64,000 nucleotides of DNA from Moniliella sp. 'wahieum' (lineage: Eukaryota). Numbering within the stretch: position 1 is the first letter of the stretch; every line of letters starts with the position of its first letter. Both the position numbers and the translations under genes were made by a program. The DNA is taken from contig RSEE01000002.1 in the NCBI GenBank assembly GCA_003971905.1, forward strand, positions 930,001 through 994,000. The letters are read 5' to 3'. Below the pieces are notes generated by a model, which saw only the letters and a program-made list of their open reading frames with translations, ran no database searches and was not told the DNA's origin. Of this stretch, positions 10,739 through 24,450 are shown piece by piece.

Positions 10739-12334
10739 CGGGGAAGGGAGGTGCGGCGCACTGCGCTGCTCTTCACCCCACCTCCACTCGCCTCGGGGCG
10801 GTGACTTGCCAGCGGTGGAGAGGAGCGAGCCTGCTTGACCCGGCTCAGGATGGGCGCCCAGGAATGGCGGTGGGTTTCGAGGAACGGGGACTTTTTCCCA
10901 CTGGGGCGTTCCGGGACGGCTACCGCGCTCACCACATCCACACTGGCCCGTCGATCCGGATCAACGCGAAATTCGCGCCGACGTTTGCGCGCCGCACAGC
11001 CCTACATAGCAACCAGGATTCGTTAGTACGTTCGTTGCGTGTACAGCGCAGGCCAGCAAGCTAGCCCAGCCCACAATCCCACCTCATCAAGACATCAAGA
11101 CACGTACCTTGACGAGAATGTGCCGGTTCAGCGCATCTTTGCGCGAAAACGGTTTGGGCATTCGGGACATTCGAACGGCAGTTTGCCTAGATGCTTGCGC
11201 GCGTGTCGTCGCAGATCATGGTTGCGCGCAAAGGCGGCGCCACACGACGCGCACTTGAAAGGACGCGGAGGACCAGGGGGCGGGGGGGCGGTCACGGGGG
11301 GCCGTTGCGGTGGTGGACCCGCAGGAGAAGGTACCACGCCCGGTGGCAGATCGTCCATATGGATCCAGGGAACAGACGCGCGCTGCTCCATGCCCATCGG
11401 GGGCGGGGGGGATGAGCATGTGCCTCATGGGAAGCGTGAGGGGAACGCTGCCCGAGAGGCTGAGGAGGAGGACGAGCTGGGTGGAAGTAAGGGTCAGGGC
11501 TGGGACCGGACACGCTACTCCGTACATAGGGGAGCGGGTAGGGCGGCAGAACTCGTGCCGAGTGCGGGGGGGCATAGGACCGCCGTCGTCCACCATGGGG
11601 TTCCCATGGGTCCGGAGGGGGCGAACTGGCGTAGCCTGGGTAGGGTGAGTGCTGGGCCCAGGGCGCAGCGGGCACAAGCGACGGCCGACGGTCAAACGGA
11701 GGAGGGTCGCACCCCTCGTACGCACTGCCCCGGCGAGAGGAAGGCGCGGTGCTGGTGAGCGGAGGCAGACGAGGCCGGTCGCCATTCAGCACACTTGGGC
11801 CAGACAAGCTGGAGCGGGTAGCCGAGGGGGCTCGGAGGTGGGGAGGCGGCAAGGCGCGTGGTGGGACGAGAGGACGGATGCCGGCGAGCTCGTCGCGGGA
11901 AGTAGGCGGGGCCCAGGCAGGCGGGTGGTCGGGCGGGGGATGGGGAGGGGGTGGGCATGGGCAAAGCCAAAGCCCTCGACAAGCGACGGCAGACGGCTGC
12001 GCGGTGGAGGCGGCGGGGACGCAGGCTGAGCGGTGGGCGAGAGGGAGCGAGAGGGTTGTCGGGCGGTGTGTGTGGCGAGGTGGCTGCGGCTCGCAGCGGC
12101 TGGGGGGGACGGCTCAGGGGATGGAGAGGTCATGGGGGGCGTGTCCAGGGGGGGGTCGGAGGGTGGGGGGGACACACGGCGTGGGCTGGCGCGTGGAGTC
12201 GGCTGCAGGGGGGACAGACAGAGGAGGCGGAGCGGCAAAGGGGGAAGAAGGAAATGGCGGCTGGGTGGCCGAGGGCTGGCCGGCACTGGCTGGGACGGGG
12301 GGCGGCGTGGGGACGGCTGGCTGGTGGCCAGCAC
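10615..12334 (-). CDS. C2H2 zinc-finger transcription factor (two fingers, Pro-rich N-terminus); both ends approximate
   Basis: PFKCASCGAAFARNHDLRRHARKHLGKLPFECPECPNRF..KDALNRHILVK|GC. Intron about 11002-11107 with GTACGT donor, TACTAAC branch site and TAG acceptor. The upstream part is broken by frameshifts. Confidence 0.8.
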
Positions 12335-14730
12335 GGGGCAGCGCAGCGCACTGAACCCGAACGCAACGCAGCGCAGGCTCGGCCCGTGCCGCCTGGAGCT
12401 GCCCCCCGATCATCGATCACATGCAGCCGCACCGCCAGTGCGCGCCCGTGCCAGCGCAGAGGCGCCGGCCGCCTGCTGCTGCTGCTGCTGCTGCGCTGGG
12501 CCGGCCAGCTCGGCCATTTGCCGCCACGGGTGCCCAAGCGCACGCGCCAGCCCAGCCAGCGCCGCCAGCGCTGAGCCGCAGTCTCAGTGCGCTGCATGCA
12601 CCAGCCACCAGCGCTTGCCACCCGCCCCTGCCGCCACGCCAGTGCCACGCCACGCTCGGCTGCTGTGTCTGCCGCCCAGCGTCTGGCGCAAGCTTAGCCT
12701 TAGCGCTTAGCGCTTAGGCCCGGCTAGCCCCGGCTGGCGTACCGCTTACCTATCCACACCGATGCTTGCCCCATGGCGCTGGCTGGCGCTGGCTTGGCCC
12801 CCTGCCCCAGATCACAGTCACGTGTGGCACCATGCATGCACATGCATCATCCATCCGCATCCTGCTCCCTCGCCTACTAGCGCCTACTGCCTCCACGTCA
12901 CACACACGTCACGCTGTCCCCATGCCCCGCCCATGCACTGCCCCTCGCCCTTGCCGTGCGCCAGCCCCCTCCATCTCCCCACCTGATCGCGATCGGCCTA
13001 CCACTTCACGCTTCAAGCACCAGTACTCGTACTCAATACTCGACTCGGTACTCAGTATCCTCATCCTCGGCCTCCTCCAGCCTCATCCATCCATCATAGA
13101 TCACGCCCAGGCAGCGACGAGGGAACCCGCAACGGATGCGCACGCAAGCGTATCTAGGACAGCAGCGTAGGGGATCCATGCGACCCGAGAGATAGGCGTT
13201 GGTGGTGGCAAGCAGGACTTCCGCGCGCTTCCGCGCTCATGTGGCTGGCTCCACCAGCCTTCGGAGTCCGCGGAGCCTGGGGGACGCCTGGGGACGAGTC
13301 AAGTGACTGAACTCTGGGTTAGTGACTGGGCTAGTGTCTACTAGTGACTAGTGAATTGGTGAACCGGTGAATATGTGCATGCAGTCATGTGACTGTGACT
13401 GGCTAGGCCAGCTAGTCAAGTGACGCACAACAATAGTAACACGCAAGCGCTCCACGGTGCACGACCAGCCAAGCTTGGAGCTTCAAGAGCTTCAAGCTTC
13501 ACGCTGAATTGAGCTCCAAGCCTCAAGTCACTAGTCAGTCACCGTCGCCACACCAATGCCGCCAACCAGCCACCACGCCAAGGGACTCCGTATCCTTCCG
13601 GAAGCATTTTTGAACGGCAGAAGCGTTCGTTCCCGTCCAGGCTGGCGGGGGAGGGGATCCCCCGCGTCTCAGCTGGCTCCAACAACCATTTCGAAACGTG
13701 TCAAGAGTTTGACTTCCTCCCGCGCTATCGGAGCTCAGTTTGACGGGCAGAAAGATGAGGAGAAGGCAATGGGTTGGAGCCAGAGGGAAAAGGTCGATCC
13801 CCTCTCCCTGGACGAGGTCGGGTAGCTGGGCCGCAGGAGGGCAAGGCGCTGACGGCCGGTGGCAGCAAGCTCGAGGTGAGGAAGATGTTTGCCGTGTGGA
13901 AGGGCTAGTGCCTCGTGGAGGGCTTGGCGGTCTGAGCCGGGACAGAACCGGTGCCTTCGCCGAGGTCTCATATCGACCAGCGAGTCTTCAGGCCGCCACG
14001 GTAGGTTTTGTCGCAGGGGGGAGCACCCAGCTCCTGGGAGGGTGGGTTGAATAACCGCCGTTGGTAGTGAGAAACGCGGTGGCCTGCCAGGGCGACGCAG
14101 CGGGCGGGTGGGAGGCAGCTAGCAGCGAGACGCCGCCCTTACGCGTGGGCTCATAACCTGCTGAACGAGGAGGAGAATGGATGATGTTCTGAGGAGAGGT
14201 ACAGGAGGCTATGGGAACTGAGACTGAGGCCTGAGGCTCAGGTCAGTACTCAGTCTGAGTGCTGAGGATAGGGTAGGGCCTCATATAGGCGAGGACATCG
14301 GGAAGCAGAGGGAGCGTCCGGGCGGATAAGAGGGGTGATGCCTCTCACGCAGGGTGCGTGATTAATGATTGGGCATCGCCCCTACAATGAGGCGCGACGG
14401 AATCCATTGGCGAGCGCGCGAGCGGTGGACCAACACGGCAGCTACTAGCGCTTGCCAGCGCCTTGGCCGATCAAGTCATGGCATCGTGACATGACATGGA
14501 AGTGGTGTCACCAGGAGGGTCACTTGCCCGAGGCCTTGGTTGCGATGGAGGTGCTCTGTAGTTTCACATTCTCACGAATGTTCAACTTGACGCTTGAAGC
14601 TTGAACGTTGGATATTGAAGCTTGAAGGTTGAAGATTGCATATTCACTGTTCATCGATCATTCTTCCATCGCGGCTGCGCCCGAACAGCAAGTCGTGGTC
14701 TTCTTCGGCACCCACACCACACCTTCAACC

Positions 14731-15607
14731 ATGTCCTGGCGCTCTACGGGAACACTCTTGCCGGTCTGGATACTCCTCCAGAAGTCGAGAACCTTTCGCC
14801 CTCCATATGCCTCGACATCACCCACTTCCGCGGTACGTACCTCCTTTCCCCGGAACGCTGCCTCTGGTTTCTGACTCGGTGCTGTCCATCCAGATGTCAT
14901 GCGGCAGTACCGGCGCATGGACGATGGCATGATCAACCGGATCACCGCCTCGTAGCCCGCGACCGCGACTTGCACATCACATCCTCCCCCAGTCTCCTTA
15001 GTAGCAAGGGCACCTCATCCGCCATGTTGGATCTAGGTACCTCGACGTACGCAAGCGTCGACATGGCCGCGTGCGCCTCGCTGTGGCAGGAAATGATGAA
15101 CGTGTGGATGGGGAGGGAACGTTCCATTTGGTACTGCATTGATGTGACGCGTCAAGCGGCCGAGCAGGCATCGCGGCAACGCGAAAAGGCCAGCGGAATC
15201 GAGAAGGCGCTGGATGCGGACCTGAGTTCCCAGGGTGTTCCCGATTCGGGCAACCTGGGCTGGTCCAATCGCAAGTCAGGGACGTGTTTGACGAACGACC
15301 TACCCGAGCAGAAGATGCGCGCGAATTTGTGGTACGTGTACACTCTGCTTTCCTTCTGGTCCGCCTTGGCCAACCAAATTCCTGACCTTTCCTCCTCCCA
15401 CTTTGCACTTTGCAGCACCGCCAGTTCAACATTGAGCTGGGTGTAGAGCAAATCGTGCGCAAAGACTCACTTCGGGTTTTCAAGAGTCGCTGTTCTGGCT
15501 TCACGCCGCAATTTGGTCAATCGAACGTGCCAGGCCTGGACGCTGAGCGGGAGGAGGCAATCTTCCATGGAACCTACGACCTCCTCGAAGCTGCCAAGAA
15601 GCGTTGA
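14731..15607 (+). CDS. MIX23: Mix23/CCDC58 (Cid2) mitochondrial intermembrane-space protein, two introns
   Basis: Spliced reading CLDITHFRDVMRQYRRMDDGMINR...CASLWQEMM..W..RERSIWYC...ELGVEQIVRKDSLRVFKSRC matches the family Cys pattern. Confidence 0.8.
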
Positions 15608-15866
15608 TCATCGCTCTCCTCTTGTCCTCTCTTCGCCAATGGCCGATGCAGGTCGTTGCATCTTCAATCATCACCACTCGTCCTGATATGAACAGCAATA
15701 TTGATTCGTGCAGCATGGCACAGTTTCCAAAACTAAAGAAGAATGGACAAGTGGTGGAAGCGTGGGCGTAACGTCCGTGCGCAAAGAGAGGGAATGAAGG
15801 CGAATGAGTGGGGGACAGGACGTCAAGTCGTATAGGAGGCAATGTAAGGGTACATGTACAGATATA

Positions 15867-18800
15867 TCAGAAACCAATCTCCTGCTCCATCTGAGCTCGG
15901 AAGGATCTGGTATTACTGTCAGAGCCAGACCAGGGTAGAGAGGCGAAGTGGGACTTACTGAAGATCCGCTCGAAGCTGGTTCCGTTCGGCCAGAGCGGCT
16001 TGAAGCTTGCTGCGCAACGAATTGATCTGTTCGTTTTCCGTTTGCACCGTGGCGTCACGCCACATGTTGTCCAACTCTTCGTTAAACGCCGCATGGAGCT
16101 CGGCGTTGGCCGTCAACGCAGCTCGTTCTGCTTGCTCTAACTGAGCACAACGGGCTTGGAGTTCAGCATTGAGTTGATGGCCATCTCAAGTTCCTCATCA
16201 GACGGTGCGCGCTTCGGCTTGGCGCGCGGCCACCTCCAAACGTGCTTCGAGGTCTTGATTGGCAGACTCGAGTGCCTTGACAGTTGTAGCCAACTCGGCA
16301 TTTTGAACTTGCAAGACCTCCGAGCCTCCATTCGTCGTCGCCATAGTGTCCAGCTCCACGGCCAAATTGTGATTCTGGGACTGGAGACAATGCTTGTCGT
16401 TCTCCAAGGTAGCCAATTGTTCGTGCAATTGAGCCACTCGGCGGCACGTTCACTTTCGCGAGCGTACAGCCCTTCAAGTTCCTTCAACCGCTCCTGCTCA
16501 TGCTTCTGTAGCGCTGCCCGCTCTGCACGAAGTTTAGTGTTTTCCACTTCCAGTTGTCCCTCCGAAGCTGGATCAGACAAGGAAGGTGGGGCAAGGGCCG
16601 AAGAGACGAGCAGATCGAGCTCTTCCTTATCCGCTACCGAGTCGGCTTCGGCATCTTGCAGCCAGTTTGTCAGTTGCGCGAGAAGGGTGGAGAGGTATTG
16701 GGGATCCAAGGCTTCCTGGTCATGTTGTTGCCGCACATCAGTGAGATACTTGCGCATATCGCAAAACGCTTGAGGGCGCTTGCTGGCCCGGGAGAGGGCG
16801 CGACGAATCCGTCGGTCTTGGCCATCCTTGCTATTGGCCGAACGGGGAGGGGCACTATCGGAGCTGTTGCGGAGAGAGGAGGAACGACTGTTGGCCGAAG
16901 GATTGGAGCGATTGGACCGAACCGAAACGCGCTTAAACGGACGGTCATCCATGCCCTCGTTTTCATCTACTTCGTCAGCAAAACGGTCCGACGCCACCCG
17001 CTTCGAATTGGTGCTGGCTGCGTCTGACAGCTGGATGGGACCGAGGGAACGGGCGCAGGAGGATGGGCTCGCAGACGAGTTGAGCGGAGCGGGCGGGGAC
17101 CCATGGTCGTTTCGCGACGGTCGAGCCCGCGCTGGGCTCTAGGAAGAAGAGTGCTGCACCGGGCAGGCTGGTGGCTGGCGTGCTCCCCATCATCCTCAAC
17201 GTCATGTCCACCCATGGTCGTATTGACTTCTGGGACAGCAGCAGCTTCGAGAGTTGGCTCAATGGGTTTGCCGTAGGAGGGACAAGGGCTCGGAGTGGGC
17301 GTAACCGAGCCATTTGATTTTTCTCCAATCTCCTTCTCGGGGAGCGGAGGTGGACCCAAGGTCCCGTCGTCTGTGGGACAGGCTCAGTTTTGTGCTCCGA
17401 ACTGTTAGGGCCCGCACGTGTCCGATTTAGAAGGTGGAAAGAACGCTTGGCCTGTCCGCGCTTGGGGCTCGAGTGGGCAGAGGAGGAGCTGGCGGCGCTT
17501 AACGTGGTTGCAACCGTACCTCGAGTGTGGTCCGACGAAGTCATCGTCGACCCCATTGGAGGTGGAGATGGATCCACCAAAGACGCTGGAGGTCACAGTA
17601 CCACCCGTGGATGAACCGGCGCGGGAGCGGTGCCGGCGATGCCCCATCGAGGCAAATTCGTTTGGTCCACCTCGACTACGGGCGAGGCGGAACGACGAAG
17701 CGTGTCATTCCAGCTGAGAGAAGGTGACGACCCACGTCGCGTAGACGCGGAGGGCTGTTGTTAGAGCTTGCAGAGTTTGTGCCTGGGAAGCCGTGTCCTT
17801 GTGCTGTCACCCCCCGCGGGGGCGTGAGGGGCCCCAATGAATTGATACTCACCAAACGAACACGCGGGGAGACAAAGCTGGTAGCCAGGGAGGGCGGGAG
17901 GCGTTGGTGAACTCTCTGGACGTACTCGGTAATCATGCCCAACGGAACCACCTCCTCGTCACTCTGAACCTGGCCAGGCAACTGGGTGCGGACAAAGCAG
18001 CGACCCTGCTTATCGATTGCCGTCAGCTCCACCACCGCATGGGGGCCTGACGAAGGCACGCGATGATCTGGAACATGCAAGCGACCATGGGTGCTGGCAA
18101 TGTTGACATGAAGCGCAACGGGGGTTTTGCGAACGATGGGTTCCCAGGCTGTGCGGCGATACACAAGAAAGTAAATGATCTGTCGTGGACGGATGGGGAC
18201 ACCAGTTACAGGGTCAAAGTGGCGGGGGAAACTTGTCGCCTTACCGACTGCGATGTGCAGGCGAGTTTACGGGCCTGGGCACGCCAGATGGACTCAAGAA
18301 AGGCAGTTTTTGGACACGAGCAGGAGACCGTGAAGAGGGAGCCGCGCGCCTGACATCCTGGTTTGGGGCCGGAGGCTCAACAACGGCATACTGGCGTACG
18401 GGTCGATGGGCCCAGCGCGCACTCAAAGCGGTTGAACCCGACTGTACGCCCTTGTCAGTGTGGCGGACCTGGAAGTCAGGGCCGCCCAGATCACGAGCTT
18501 CGAAGTCCATAAGGTCAACACGACCCTTGTACGTCAGTTGAGCAGCATCAGTATGCTGGAGTAAGCCGGCCGTGAGGATGCTTTGGTCGGCTACCGAAAC
18601 GTTAGCACCAGGGGCAGCAGCCAGCATGAGATCGGCTAACGAATTCAAGTCTCCCAATCCGAGTGCGGCTGTTCCGCTGGATTCGGGAGCGCGTTGGACA
18701 ATCAACAGGAACGCGTCAAATAAGAGAAGAGTTACTGCCAGCGTCTCAAGCTCGTACTGGCCTCGTCAGCGGCCAAGGGAAAGTCGTTCACATCAACGGA

Positions 18801-20321
18801 TCCCAGCAAGCGGGGTTTGGACGACCATAGTTCAGGGGGTACCCCTTCAACGTGCCGGTTCACACTCCAACGAACAGCAGCTTGCTTGGTTTCCGCGTCT
18901 CTCTCGCGCAGGGCAATTGTACGAGCCATTCGAGAGACGGCTTGGAGACGCTGCCTAGGCCGTGAGCCGGAGGGAATGTACTTGAGCATCTGAGCAATCA
19001 GCAATTGGTACCTGGGCATCCGCTGCACTGGTGCCATTAACAGCTCATCCAGTCCAATACGGCCGACAGCACTGGTTTTGGCCTTGACCCGATCTGTAAA
19101 AGCGACAAACGCGCTTTTCTTGTTCATCTTGCGGAGCAGAGCGGATGCTTCCGGTGCATTGGCCATGTATTCGGCGTAGCACGAGGAGCAGACCATCAGG
19201 CGCTGCATTACATCCCCCAACCCCTCGATGACATCAGGAGTCTCAAGTTTCATCAACCCCTCAAGCTCGTCCAAGAACGTCATGTGGGCAGCGACAATCT
19301 CTCCAATATTGCTGAAGAGGGTGTGGGCATCCTCAGGCGAAATGAGCGTGTTGCCTGGAGCGCGGAGGGGCTTGGCATACTCCTGTAGATATAAGAGGGT
19401 AGAGAGAGAACGGATCAGAAAGGCTGGATAAAAGAAAAGGGAGATTCCGTGCATAAGGAAAAAGAAAACTCACGTTGTTGATTACTTTGATGCGGAGCAC
19501 ATACTCACGCTCAGTCTCGAGCAATTCCCTCAAAGGTCTTTCGAGATGGGGAAAGTTGTATTCGTTAGACTTGGGGTCATCAAAAGCCAGGGCAGTGACG
19601 CTCATGCTGGTGGACCCAACTTCGTCGGCCAAGGCGGGAAAAGAGGAGCTAGCCGCGAGGACAGAGGTGTGTCTTCCATGCCCAGCTCGGGCAGCAAGAC
19701 GGCTAAATAAAAAGAGTCAGGACCGGATCAAGATGGTGAGCAGCGCCGAGAAGCACCCTAACGTACCAGATCCAGCGGTGTGGGCACTCTCGTTGAGCAT
19801 TTCGTCCTCATGTTCAAGTACCACGTCAAAGAAGGCGCAAAGCGTGGCGTCAGCCGTGACAGGAGCAGAAGGAAAGGGAACTTGGCCCGACCCGGCCGGA
19901 TGAGTTCGATTATCAGGATCATACGGATGGGGATCAGATGTAGCATGCGAGTAGCGCTCCTCTAGTGGGGGACCGGCGTCGTCGCCGGTGGGTTGGCGGG
20001 TGATGGCAGCAACCTTTTGGTAGAGCTGGCTGAGCGGGCGCTTGGAGCGGGGGTTGGAGGGTGATGCTGAGCGAGGACGAGTGGGAGATGAGGGGCGGAA
20101 GAGGCGGGTGGGTGAGGCAGAGCGGGATGCGGTGCGGGAAGACGGGCGAGACGAAGAGGCATGATTGCGGTCGTCGTCCGCGTTGCCGTTGCCGTGGACA
20201 CTGCCATCGTCGCGGCATCCCCATCGCCATCGTCGGGGAGACGGGCGCCCGGGCTGCGGGGGCGGAAGGGCGATATGGGGCGGGATGGGGAGGGCCAGTG
20301 CCGGGGCCGCAGAGACGGCAT
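15867..20321 (-). CDS. Rho guanine-nucleotide exchange factor (DH domain) with a Ser-rich linker and C-terminal coiled coil
   Basis: LRELLETEREYVLRI|EYAKPLR...LFSNIGEIVAAHMTFL...LDELLMAPVQRMPRYQLL. Collinear ORF fragments run down to ...EIGF* at 15867. Introns and frameshifts are present. Confidence 0.85.
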
Positions 20322-20550
20322 GTTGGAGGGGCCGGCTGAGGCGGGTGTATGGTGGTGGGCGTGGGTGCTGTCCGAGTGCGGGGCTGCGCCGAGCAACAAA
20401 GCACTCAGTGGAAGTTCCGCTGCGGCGCGTTTCAGCCCTGCCGCGTCCGGTAGGTCACGTGATCGCTTCCGCCGCCTCTCCTGATTGGCCAACCGATTTC
20501 ATTCGCCACCAGCCGAGGCCACCACCACCGTCGCGCACGCACCACCCGCC

Positions 20551-21387
20551 ATGGCACTCAACTGGGCCCTCACGAACGAGGCAGGATCGGCTCCTGTCCC
20601 GCTCCAGAAAGAGAAGATCTTCTACTCGGCCCCCGGATGCCTCGTCGAGTACGGCCCCTCCCCCCCTGCTGATGCGTGGCATGAGCACGCACCATGGCCT
20701 CCAGAACCACCCCACTAACCACCTCACCCCCTCTCCAGACTCTCCTGGAAGCTTGGCAGTAAGAAGCACTCCTGGAAAGCATCTGGAACCTCCTATGTCA
20801 CCAATCAGCGCTTATTTTTGTCCGCAACCCCCCTCTCCGCGTCGAGGGGAAGGCCCATGCCGACCTGGCTGCACCGCTGGCTACGCTTACTGTGCCCCTC
20901 GACAACTACATTGACACGCGCTACATGATTCCTATTTTCGGTGCACCCTACTTGGAAGCCACTGTGGTGCCCGTCGTTGGCGGCGGACTGCCTAGCGCGG
21001 AGGACCCTGCGACGCCGGGTGCCGCCCCAACGGGCCTGTTGACCACGTACTTCAACCAAGGGGGGGCATCGACTTTCGCAATGCGATTGAGGAGGTCAAG
21101 GCCCGGTTTGAAGAGGCCCGAGGACAGAGCCAACCGTCGTACTTTGAGTCGCTTCCGCAGTACACCCCCGATACAACTGGATCGGCCGGCCTGTCAGCGG
21201 CTTTGGCTGGGTCGAATGCTGCGAGTCCAGCAGCACTTCCACACCCACCCTCCAATCCTCCGCCAGGGACGATGTGGAAACAGCCATATTGACCCAGCAG
21301 ATCGAGACGCAAGAGCAGGCTGTTTTGTCCAACCCTGCTCGTCGTGACGCACCTCCAGGCTACGAGCCACCACCATACATTGAATAA
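20551..21387 (+). CDS. WBP2-like (GRAM/PH-like plus PPxY tail) protein
   Basis: MALNWAL...PVPLQKEKIF, YVTNQR, PIFGAPYLEA, FNQGGA and C-terminal PPGYEPPPY. Confidence 0.8.
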
Positions 21388-21618
21388 GGCGGCAGGGCGG
21401 GCGGCCCGCGTGCTGCAGCTCCCAGTATTTTATGAACGTGCTTCCGTCGCTCGAGCACAGGGAGGAAGAAAGCGAAGGAAGCTGCAACCGATTCGCTCTG
21501 TACGGGTGGACTGAATATCTAAGAACTATGATGTGGGACAGGTATACAACTTCGTGCCGCCGCCAGGGTCGGGGCAACCAAAATGGATCAAGAAGATAGA
21601 GTACAGGTGTGTTGCATC

Positions 21619-24450
21619 TTAGAAGTGACGCTGGAGAGGCCGGATGATCTGGCCCATCCTCGTCTGTACCTTGGGCATGTTGAGACGCATCGTCTGCGAT
21701 TGGTGTTCCACTCCCTGCCCAGGCTGTGTTGCGCGCCACCTCGTACTGCTGCTTGTTGGTGTAGGGGAAGGGCAAGTCGTTGACGGTGTACTTGGCCGCA
21801 CTCCGGTTATCCGCGCCGTCGTCAATGATCACATGGCGCAGCTTGGCATCCTTCCGAGCCGCTGCTTTGGCCGCTGCTACGGCCTCGCGGGCTTGGCGCT
21901 TAGCCTCCTTACGCTTCAGCGATGCCGCCGTGGCCTTGACGCCCTTACCACCCCACTCGCCCCACCCGGGCGCCTCGTCGTCCCACCCATCTCCCTTGAC
22001 CGCCGAGGCCGCCGCCACCAGGTCTGCCTTTTCACTCTCAAAGTTCGCCGCCACATCCTCCCCGGCAAAGGCTTCGGCAGGATTGCCGCTTGCTCACCAC
22101 GACGATCTTCCTCCTCGTCCTCGGAGCCGGCTTCGGAATCGGAACCACTCCCATCATCCGAGCCCAAAAGCGCAGCTTGGGCATGGGCGTCCAGCTTGAT
22201 CGCAGACTCTTTGCCCTTCTTGCTTTTTGTATCTGCCTTGCTCACCTTGCTCGCTTTGGAGTCCTTGGAGTCCAGCGGAGTAAACCAACCATCGTCATCG
22301 CCCGCCTCACCCTGAGGCGCAGCAGACAACCAACTGCTGTTACTCTTGTCCTTCCCAGGCCCGGGCTTGGTGCTTTGGGTGCGCAGAGCTGCGGCAACAG
22401 CCAAGTCGGCCGCATCGAGATTCGTCGTTGCCACAGCAGATTTCCCGGCCTGGGTCTTCCCTTGTTTGGCTTGGGGCGCCGCAACAACTGAAGGAGCTGC
22501 ATCCGCTTGTCCCTTAGGACGTACGGGTAGGGAGTCTTGTGGCTTGGCCGTTCCGTACATTGCACGCCCGCCATTTTTCGAGAGACGGAGCACGTTGGGG
22601 TTCTCCTCCTCCACCTCGGATTCGTCCGAGTCATCCCGCTCAAGCTGCTTGCGTGCAGCTTGCAAGTCCTCCTGAGCCGCTTGCACATGGCGAGCACGCG
22701 CATTGCGCATAAATGCCATGTCCATAATGGCCGACTTGTTGCCAGGTCCAGTAGCTGCCTGGGCCGAGGTCGCTGCCGCTTCCTCTGCCAGACTTCGCTC
22801 AGCAGAAAGGAGTTCATCAAAGGCACGGTCGTTGCCGCCACCTTGTTCGTCGTCTTCAAAGTCTTCGTCATCACTCGACTCATCTCCGCCTGCCACCTTG
22901 GCGCGCAGTTCGGCAGCGCGTTGAAGTTGATCGGCAAGAGCACGCCGCGTTCCCTCGTCCAGGTCGCGTCGGCGCAATTGCTGCTTGGCCCATTTGCCGT
23001 GTTTTTGTGCTTTAGAGTCGCGCGCTCCAGCGCACGGTCCCGCTCAGCCTTCAGACGATCATCGTCCGACCCAGCCTCATGATCGATCGATCGGGATCAA
23101 CGACGGTAAACCCATCTGCGCGCCGGGCGCTGCTTCAAGGCGAGCCAGCTCCGCCAAGTCAGCAGATTGCTGAGCTTGCTTCTCTTTTCCTTGCGTTGTT
23201 GCTTGCGGAAAGCCTTGGACTTGATTTTAGCAGCGTTTAGCTTTCTCTTCGGAGCGGAACATGAGGTGACGCATACGCATGAGTTCCACATGGCGCCTCT
23301 TGACCTCTTCGGGGTCAAGCTTGGCCAAAGCAAGTGCTTCTTTTTCGCCTTGCGCCTCCTCTCCCACACCAGCCGCAGCCAAAAGGGCCTCCATGTCGGC
23401 CTCTGGCCCACTCGGCTTCTCCTGCTTCCGAGGGGCTGTCAGACTCTTGACAGAGGTGGAAGGCACAGGCTGGGATTGAAGGGGAAACATGAGGGTCTCC
23501 GCGTCGCGGATCTTGTTCATTGTTGGCTGCCAGCCGTGGGCATCAGACTTGGCAACTTCATAGGCTGCTTCGCGATCCAATCGTTCTTGATGCACTGTCT
23601 GGAGTGGGGCAGCCAAGGTTCCTGTTCCTTTGGCCGAAGCAAGACCCCCTGTCGACTTATGAGACGTGAGCTGCTCCAACTTCTGCGCATTCTTGCGCAC
23701 GCCCGCCAGAGCCGTATTGTCCTCCACGCCAGCCAGTAAATCTTGCAGGCTAACGGCCGTTGAACCTTCCATCTCAGGCGCAGGCGCTTCCTCCTTCCTC
23801 CTTTTGGTAGGACGCTCCCTTCCTTTTGTTTGTTTGCCATTTCGTCCACTTGCCGAGCAAACTCGTCAACAGCACCATCTTCATCATCATCAGATTGGGA
23901 TGCATCATCTTCATCGTCCTCGTCCGAACCGGCCGACAGGTCCTGTTGTTTCCCATCGTCCGAGCCACCCGCACCATCAAAGAGGGCATCAATGTCCATC
24001 AAGTCGTCTTCGTCATAGTCGGTAAATTCGCCATCATCCGCATCCGACTCGGATTCCTGGTCGCGCTTGCGCTTAGAACCACTGGCGGAGGCTTGGGGCG
24101 CTTGGAGCCATGGGACTTGCTCGCGCGGAACTGCCAGCCATCAAAGGCTTCCTCATCCCGACGCAAAGGCGTCATCCGAATCAATCTCCTCGTCATTCCC
24201 ATCAAACTCCAGCTTGACTCATCATACCCCTGATCGGATCCGTCCGAGCCGGCATCGTCGTCCGAGTCGCTGGGCTGGAACGCTTCGGCGCGGAGGCAGC
24301 CTTGCCCTTGCGACCTTGCGCCTCGACATCAGCCACAGCAGCATCGTACACATCCGCCACTGTGCGCGGATCGTCCTCCGACTTGGACCGGGCGCTTGCG
24401 CTCACGGCGCGCGCCCCCCTTCGTTGCGCGGATGAGGTGCGACGAGCCAT
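21619..24450 (-). CDS. UTP14: U3 snoRNA-associated SSU processome protein Utp14
   Basis: ERLDREAAYE, MRHLMFRSEEKAKR, KIKSKAFRK, PGWGEWGG, KYTVNDLPFPY and MPKVQTRMGQIIRPL. Split over several frames by indels. Confidence 0.93.

Noticed and set aside
11039..12710. Numerous long overlapping and antisense ORFs in GC-rich segments
   Set aside because: Expected from stop-codon scarcity at high GC; they shadow identified genes.
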